DNA of 64,000 nucleotides from Macrostomum lignano (lineage: Eukaryota): positions 1 through 64,000 of the forward strand of contig NIVC01001845.1 of NCBI GenBank assembly GCA_002269645.1. The letters run 5' to 3'. Below, piece by piece: positions 50,450 to 64,000 of this stretch. Made by a program: the position numbers and the translations under genes. Positions within the stretch are counted from its first letter, which is position 1. Each line of letters opens with the position of its first letter. The notes beneath the pieces are model-generated. The model was not told the origin of the DNA. It was given only the letters and a program-made list of their open reading frames with translations, and made no database searches.

Positions 50450-50790
50450 CTCACCCTCTCCCATCCTCTCTCACCCTCTACCATCTTCTCTCACCCTCTC
50501 CTATATTCTCTCACTCTCGCTCATCTTCTCTCACCTCCCCTATCTTCCCTCACCCTCTCTAATCTTGTCTCACCGTCTCCCAACTTCTCTCATTCTCTCC
50601 CATCTTCTCTCACCATCTCCCATCTTCTCTCACCCTCTCCCATCTTCTCTCACCCTCTCCCATCTTCTCTCACCCTCTCTCATCTTCTCTCATTCTCTCC
50701 CATCTTCTCTCACTCTCTTAAATCTTGTCTCACCCTCTCTCATCTTCTATCACCCTTTCACGTATTCTCTCACTCTTTCTAATCGTCTCT
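50450..50790. repeat. Pyrimidine-rich ~22-bp minisatellite (CTCTCCCATCTTCTCTCACCCT)
   Basis: Degenerate tandem units, intronic. Confidence 0.85.
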
Positions 50791-51884
50791 GACCCAACTC
50801 GCCCTAATATTCTCAAGCCGCAGCCCCCTAAAATCTCACCTGTCGCTGCGGATACAGCGCCGATATCTTAGTGTAGTCAGGCGGCGCCTTCTCGTTGAAC
50901 ACGCTGGCCAGAGTGTACAGCTTTGAATGCCCCGCTGACGGTGTCGGGTGGTGCTGCATGACGGCTTCTGGGTTGCCTGGGTCTGCCTGCTGGACTGCTT
51001 TCCCATTTTTTAGCGAACTTCGCTAGACCGGCCGCGTATAAATGCTCGCAGTCTGCCTTCTTCTTCACCCTCCCCCCCTCCCCTTTTGCGCACGCGGGAA
51101 ACTTACCTCCTAGGCCAGGTAGAACAGGGAACTAAATGTTTATAGGTCTGGCCCCGGGGGGCTCCTGCATTCCCCTGTAGGAGTCTGCATTCGCTGTGCG
51201 CCTCCGTTCCTGCCGATTCCAGGGTTTCGCCATCCCTCTGAACCTTCCGAACGGTCGGGGGGATGTACGTAAGAGTGGGGCGATTTTTTTGCTAGCTGGC
51301 GGAATGCTTAGCCTTACATGGTCTGGAGTTGGGACTTACCTGAACCTGAAGTCCGCCGCACCAATGGATGAATAAAACCAGGGATTGCTAGTCTGCCTTA
51401 AATCTGGGGGTGCGAAATTTGCTCCGCAAAGCCTCCAATTGATTGGCTACTGAAAATTCCTTCATTGTCTATGGCATTTTCTGTTGCGCGAGGCCCTGCG
51501 TCTGTCTGATAGATTGGCAATTTCCTTTCCAGATTCTGGACAGAGAAATCCATGAAAGTTTTAGAAATCCATGCGCTCTGGCAGCGGTATCCATTCCAGT
51601 GTTCCTCTGGATCCTCTCCAGATTCTGTGCCCCAGAACTCCATGCGCTCTGCCAGCTTCAGGAATCCTTGGCCATGGGACTATTCGGAGAGCGGGGATCA
51701 GAGGGAGGGGATCAGGATTCGTGCCAGCCAGTATTATTCCCTGTCCCTCGATTGCGCACCCTGGGGTGATGGAATGCAGATAGAATATAGAAGGGATTCT
51801 TGCCATGTTTTTGTGCAGTTCTTCTGGCCGAATCGATAAGAAAATCAAGACTATTCTCTGAATAATAATTTACACTTGTGCAGA

Positions 51885-52515
51885 CACAGTAGATAGATGA
51901 GCAGACACGAGTATATAGATGAGCAGAAATAGTAAATAGATGAGCAGACGCGAGTAGATAGATGAGCAGACACATGTAGATAGATGAGCAGACACGAGTA
52001 GACAGATGAGCAGACACAGTAGATAGATGAGCAGACACAGTAGATATGTGAGTAGACACAGTAGATATGTGAGCAGACACAGTAGATAGATGATCAGACA
52101 CAGTAGATAGATGAGCAGACACGAGTAGATATGTGAGTAGACACAGTAGATAGATGAGCAGACACGAGTATATAGATGAGCAGAAATAGTAAATAGATGA
52201 GCAGACGCGAGTAGATAGATGAGCAGACACAGTAGATAGATGAGCAGACACAGTAGATAGATGAGCAGACACGAGTAGATATGTGAGCAGACACAGTAGA
52301 TAGATGAGCAGACACGAGTATATAGATGAGCAGAAATAGTAAATAGATGAGCAGACGCGAGTAGATAGATGAGCAGACACGAGTAGACAGATGAGCAGAC
52401 ACAGTAGATAGATGAGCAGACACAGTAGATAGATGATCAGACACAGTAGATAGATGAGAAGATACATGTAAATAGATGAGCAGACACGAGTAGATATGTG
52501 AGCAGACACGAGTAG
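51885..52515. repeat. 21/23-bp minisatellite GTAGATAGATGAGCAGACAC(A/GA)
   Basis: Visible tandem units between the divergent LIM and CNG genes. Confidence 0.94.
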
Positions 52516-53112
52516 AGTGATTAGTGGATTCAGCAATATTAGTATGACAATCCTGCATTAGAACAGATCACTAAAAAGCTAATGTCAATATTTCATAAAC
52601 TGATGAAGGTATAAAAATATGAATAAATACTAGCTTTGAATAAACATACTGTTAAAGTTAGAACCGCAAGATGCAAGCTGACTTATAAAACACACTTTCT
52701 AAGAAAATATATTTGATTTACGGCCTGCGCCACCACCCCGCATTCATCATCGGGCTCTCCAAATCCCGTGTCTATCTGAACCTTTCATTTTTGAGACTGC
52801 GCGCTCAAGTGCCCGACCCAGTGGAACTTGCTGTCTCAATATGCATATGTATGTATATATATATATAGAGCGGCACTGCTGGACTATTTCAGAGACTCAC
52901 TGGAAGAGGGATTGGGTTAGAGAGGCCGGACCACTAGGGGATTTGATTCCAGAACCTCTTACCCCCCTCGCTCTATCTACGAGCTACGAGTATATATCCT
53001 ATTCGCAAATTCTGACTGTCAAGTCAAATTTCAACTCAACCTTTTTGTCCGTCTGCTGCTTTTGCAAAGCAACTCCGCAACTCCGAAAGCTCCCCCCCCT
53101 CCCTGGAAGCAG

Positions 53113-59644
<6,532 letters not shown>

Positions 59645-59874
59645 CTTGACAAGCTCATGCAGATGGGACAGCCATGTATCACCGCCAAATAAACTGAATA
59701 CTTAGTATAGCGTTTTAATTCTATTGTACGCTTGTTGCATGCGTGCATGTACCCGATGTCATGAGGGCATGAATGTACTTTTATTATTGAACTTTATTAC
59801 TAATCGCTTTCAATCTTTGTGCCAGGTCACAGGGTCTAAAATGACTTAAGTGTGCTTTGAGTGTGCTTTAGTGA

Positions 59875-60172
59875 AGTAGAGCTGTTGGGGGGGGGGGGAG
59901 ATTCTAGAGCTGTTGGGGGGGGAGATTCTAGAGCTGTTGGGGGAGATTCTAGAGCTGTTGGGGATTCTAGAGCTGTTGGGGGAGATTCTAGAGCTGTTGG
60001 GGGAGATTCTAGAGCTGTTGGGGGAAATTCTAGAGCTGTTGGGGATTCTAGAGCTGTTGGGGGAGATTCTAGAGCTGTTGGGGGAGATTCTAGAGCTGTT
60101 GGGGGAGATTCTAGAGCTGTTGGTGGAGATTCTAGAACTCTTTGGAGAGATTCTAGAACTGTTGGGGGGAGA
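59875..60172. repeat. ~21-bp minisatellite GGGGGAGATTCTAGAGCTGTT
   Basis: About 14 units. Confidence 0.94.
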
Positions 60173-61046
60173 TTCTTTTAAAAAATTTCAATCAATAATA
60201 AATAGATCATACATAGGAGCGTAACCTACGCTCGTAGATTCCAAAATCTGAGAACAATTCTGCATCCAGTTCAGACTAAGCCATCTGGCCTATAATTCAG
60301 CTCCATTTCTGGGAAATCAAAGCGGATAATTGATTTGTATTCAATTCTGTTTTGACAGACGAGAGTGATGTGCTACATGTTATAGCCGGTTGTGAGAGTC
60401 ACCCAGTACCTGCATCTGAAAAAATCCCTGCTAGTTCCCAATCAGGTGCAAACAAAATTATTTTTTTCTGAGAGAGAGAAGAGAACAGCATGACAGACAT
60501 AAATTTAAACTGTCTCTGTCTCGCACATTTATTAGTATAGTAACATATAGCAATATTAATACAATTTTGTTAAGCAGGAGGCTGACACGGCAGTTTTACA
60601 GGCATTAATTAACAGGTATTTTTTAATAAGCGTAATAAATAACTTGGCGATTTGCCTGCAAACGATGAAGGTGGTGGAGAGGGGGGCATGGGACCGCAGC
60701 CTTGCATCATGATAGCAGTTATAAAAATTGAAAACAGAAAAAAAGCTGAATAAATAACTGACAGGTTTTCAAAATATAAATTATTTTTATGCATTCATTT
60801 ATGTTTATATAACATAATATATATATAGTTAACGCGAAACAATAGGAAAATAACAACATCATTTTAAATGGAAATTTAACAGCACATATACTACTATTAG
60901 TAATTGGGTTCAGCGGTGAAAACAGTGCTGGGTGTAAACTGCTAGCAGCAAATGAGTTACGGCAGTTCACATACAGGTGGTTAAGCGGTTTATATGTAGC
61001 AATAACGGCTAGTGCAGAACGGTGCCCAGGCATATAACATAATTGC

Positions 61047-61490
61047 CACTGTAGTAAGGAGACGAGGACCACTGTAGTAAGGAGACGAGGACCACTGTAG
61101 TAAGGATATGAGGACCACTGTAGTAAGGAGACGAGGACCACTGTAGTAAGGAGACGAGGACCACTGTAGTAAGGATATGAGAACCACTGTAGTAAGGAGA
61201 CGAGGACCTCTATACTCGTATAAGGACACTAGGACCTCAATATATGGACACGAGGACCTCTATAAAAGGGACACTGGGACCTCAATACATGGACACGAGG
61301 ACCTCTATAAAAGGGACACTGGGACCTCAATACATGGACACGAGGACCTCTATAAAAGGGACACTGGGACCTCAATATATGGACACGAGGACCTCTATGA
61401 AAGGGACACTAGGACCTATATAAAAAGGACTCGATGACCTATATAGACACGAGGACCCCTATATAAGGATACGAGAACCTCTATATAAGC
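61047..61490. repeat. Compound array: 23-bp CCACTGTAGTAAGGAGACGAGGA grading into a ~45-bp GGACACGAGGACCTCTATAAAAGG unit
   Basis: Two adjacent arrays sharing the ACGAGGACC core. Confidence 0.88.
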
Positions 61491-62107
61491 ATCGGATATT
61501 TAATAAAATCCCATAATTTTACCGTGGCTGTTCTCTTACTATTAGTGGTCCTTAAACAGACTCTGTAAAAGTCTGTAACAAACCGACTGTTCCGCAGGCT
61601 GCCTCCATACCAGCAGGCGACAGTCACAATATATATACTATATCCATCAAATACTCTGGGGCTTCAAACGCGCCATACAAGAAGCGACTCGCATAGCATG
61701 CATATAGTTTGTTATTAACAAAACTAATTATTGAAATTAGATTCATAGCATAGGAAAAAAATTCATCAAAAAATCACTCATAGAGTTGGTTTCGTGTTAC
61801 AAGAATCGGGAACTGAGAACAGGCATTGCACTAGTTTGCGGAACTCTGCATCAAACGATGTAGTCGCAATTTCGAACAGAAAAACACTATTTGAACACAA
61901 TTCCGACTGATCAAAAACGCGGATGAGTAATGGTTACAATAATTTACCTTTCTAATAGTCATAAGTTTATGCACAGATAATTTTAGTTAGATTATAAAAA
62001 CAAAATCGCATGAACCCCACTCTCTGTATCTTTGTTGACTCTCTGAGTCAAGAGTTCTGTTTGATTTTCCCTCATAAGTAATTTGTTTGTTTTATTATAG
62101 CAAATCC

Positions 62108-63752
62108 TTACAGAACGTCGCAGCGAGACTTGCTCTTCTTGCTGTCCTTCTTGCGCGGGTCAGCCGACCGCCGATTGATTTGCCTGACCAGGTCGAAGAA
62201 TATCTGCGGGACAGGGGGGGGGGGGGGCGTCTGGTGTGCTCTGCTAGCAGTGCCTGTGCCACCTATCTCCGACTAAATCTCTCATCTACATCTCACTCTC
62301 CCCTAATTTACATTCCAGTTTCCCCTAATCTACATCACACTCTCCCCTAATCAAATCTCACTCTCCCCTAACTTACATCTCATTCGCCCCTAATCTGCAT
62401 TCCACTCTCCCCTAATTCGCCCCTAATCTGCATTCCACTCTCCCCTAATTCGCCCCTAATCTACATCTCACTCTCCCCTAATCTACATCCCAATCTCCCC
62501 TAATCAAATCTCATTCTCCCCTAACCTACATCCCACTCTCCCCTAACCTACATCTCACTCTCCCCTAATCTACATCTCACTCTCCCTAACCTACATCCCA
62601 CTCTCCCCTAATCTACATCTCACTCTCCCTTAACCTACATCCCACTCTCCCCTAATCTATATTTTACTCTCCCCTAACCTACATCCCACTCTCCCCTAAT
62701 CTACATCCCACTCTCCCCTAACCTACATCCCACTCTCCCCTAATCTACATCCCACTCTCCCCTAACCTACATCCCACTCTCCCCTAATCTACATCTCACT
62801 CTCCCCTAATCTACATCCCAATCTCCCCTAATCAAATCCCACTCTCCCCTAATCTACATCTCACTCTCCCCTAATCTACATCCCAATCTCCCCTAATCAA
62901 ATCCCACTCTCCCCTAATCTACATCTCACTCTCCCTTAACCTACATCTCACTCTCCCCTAATCTACATCTCACTCTCCCTAACCTACATCCCACTCTCCC
63001 CTAATCTACATCTCACTCTCCCTTAACCTACATCCCACTCTCCCCTAATCTATATTTTACTCTCCCCTAACCTACATCCCACTCTCCCCTAATCTATATT
63101 TTACTCTCCCCTAACCTACATCCCACTCTCCCCTAATCTACATCCCACTCTCCCCTAACCTACATCCCACTCTCCCCTAATCTACATCCCACTCTCCCCT
63201 AACCTACATCCCACTCTCCCCTAATCTACATCTCACTCGCCCCTAACCTACATCCCACTCTCCCCTAACCTACATCTCACTCGCCCCTAATCTACATCTC
63301 ATTCTTCCCTAACCTACATCTCACTCGCCCCTAATCTACATCCCACTCCCCCCTAACCTACATCCCATTCTTCCCTAACCTACATCTCACTCTCTCCTAA
63401 CCTTTCTCGTTCTTCCCTAACCTACACCTCACCCTCCCCTAACCTAGATCTCAACCCTAGTCCACATCTTATTTTCCCTTTCTAAACATCACCCCTAATA
63501 TACATTTTACTTTCCCTTTACTCCACATCGCAATCTAAGCAACCTACATCTCGCTCTCCCTAATCGTCATCTCATCTCCACGGCCCCCGCACAGTGGCAG
63601 AGCTCACTCACCTCTTGCACATTGAGTTTAGCCTTGGCCGAGGTTTCCAGGAAAGCGCAATTCCACTGCCTAGCGAGATTGTGACCTTGGTCCTTGCCAA
63701 CAGTTCGCTCGTCCTCTAAGTCGCACTTGTTGCCAACCAGAATGATCGGTAC
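62108..63752 (-). CDS. RAP1: Ras-family GTPase Rap1, last two exons (63752..63612 and 62203..62108); 5' exons lie beyond the window
   Basis: [47 protein letters not shown]|[12 protein letters not shown]...[14 protein letters not shown] and ETSAK motifs, polybasic region and CAAX; phase-0 splices. Confidence 0.9.
62270..63480. repeat. ~22-bp minisatellite CTACATCCCACTCTCCCCTAA(T/C) in the Rap1 intron
   Basis: About 50 units. Confidence 0.95.
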
Positions 63753-64000
63753 CTTATAAATAAGTCCAAGCAGAAAATGAATTTATTATTACCATATAAT
63801 AGTCGTTTGCAGGTAGCAAAGGCAAAGCAAAAAAGAAGTGACTCTAGACGACTCTCAAACGACGATTGAGGTGTTTCTTTTGTCTGCGACTCTGAAACGA
63901 CTCTGGGGCCGTAGAGTCGGGTATCTGAGGCGTGCGTTGAGTCACTGTGGAATCACTGAGTTGTGTCTAAAGCGCATCTGCGTCACTTATCATCGCATTT

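Noticed and set aside
51335-51345. ACTTACCTG resembling the U1 snRNA 5' end
   Set aside because: It is simply the complement of a minus-strand splice donor; no U1 body follows.
62270-63480. CCCTAA within minisatellite units (also 42154..43138) as interstitial telomere
   Set aside because: A single hexamer per 22-bp unit, never in tandem.

Overview
Animal genomic DNA. GC-rich Ala/Gln-rich exons and introns packed with private minisatellites suggest a Macrostomum-like flatworm (inference only). Four host genes have exon chains that splice in frame from start to stop: a GAL3ST-family sulfotransferase, an SNX22/24-like sorting nexin, a REXO5-like DEDDh exonuclease and a CNGA-type channel. Two more are partial models: a zyxin/LPP-like LIM gene and the 3' exons of Rap1. 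Two genes are damaged: a frameshifted MAM-LDLa-TM-PPxY receptor, and an ACSF2-like gene split by an LTR relic. Mobile elements: a full-length LOA/R1-group LINE (APE-RT-RNase H, 14-bp TSD), a 92-bp 3' stub of a related LINE, an LTR+tRNA-Leu PBS+LTR-tip insertion with CTAG TSD, a complete non-autonomous Helitron and a second copy sharing its 5' end, three CORE-type tRNA-SINE copies, a Tc1/IS630 relic with 131-bp TIRs, and a Crypton/DUF3504-like ORF inside long nested inverted repeats. About 20 unrelated tandem arrays are present. The most unusual signals are the inverted-repeat-bounded Crypton-like element and a ~2.6 kb domain almost devoid of CpG that surrounds a CpG-rich Helitron. No rRNA, true tRNA gene or CRISPR array was found. 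All coordinates and counts were read by hand.
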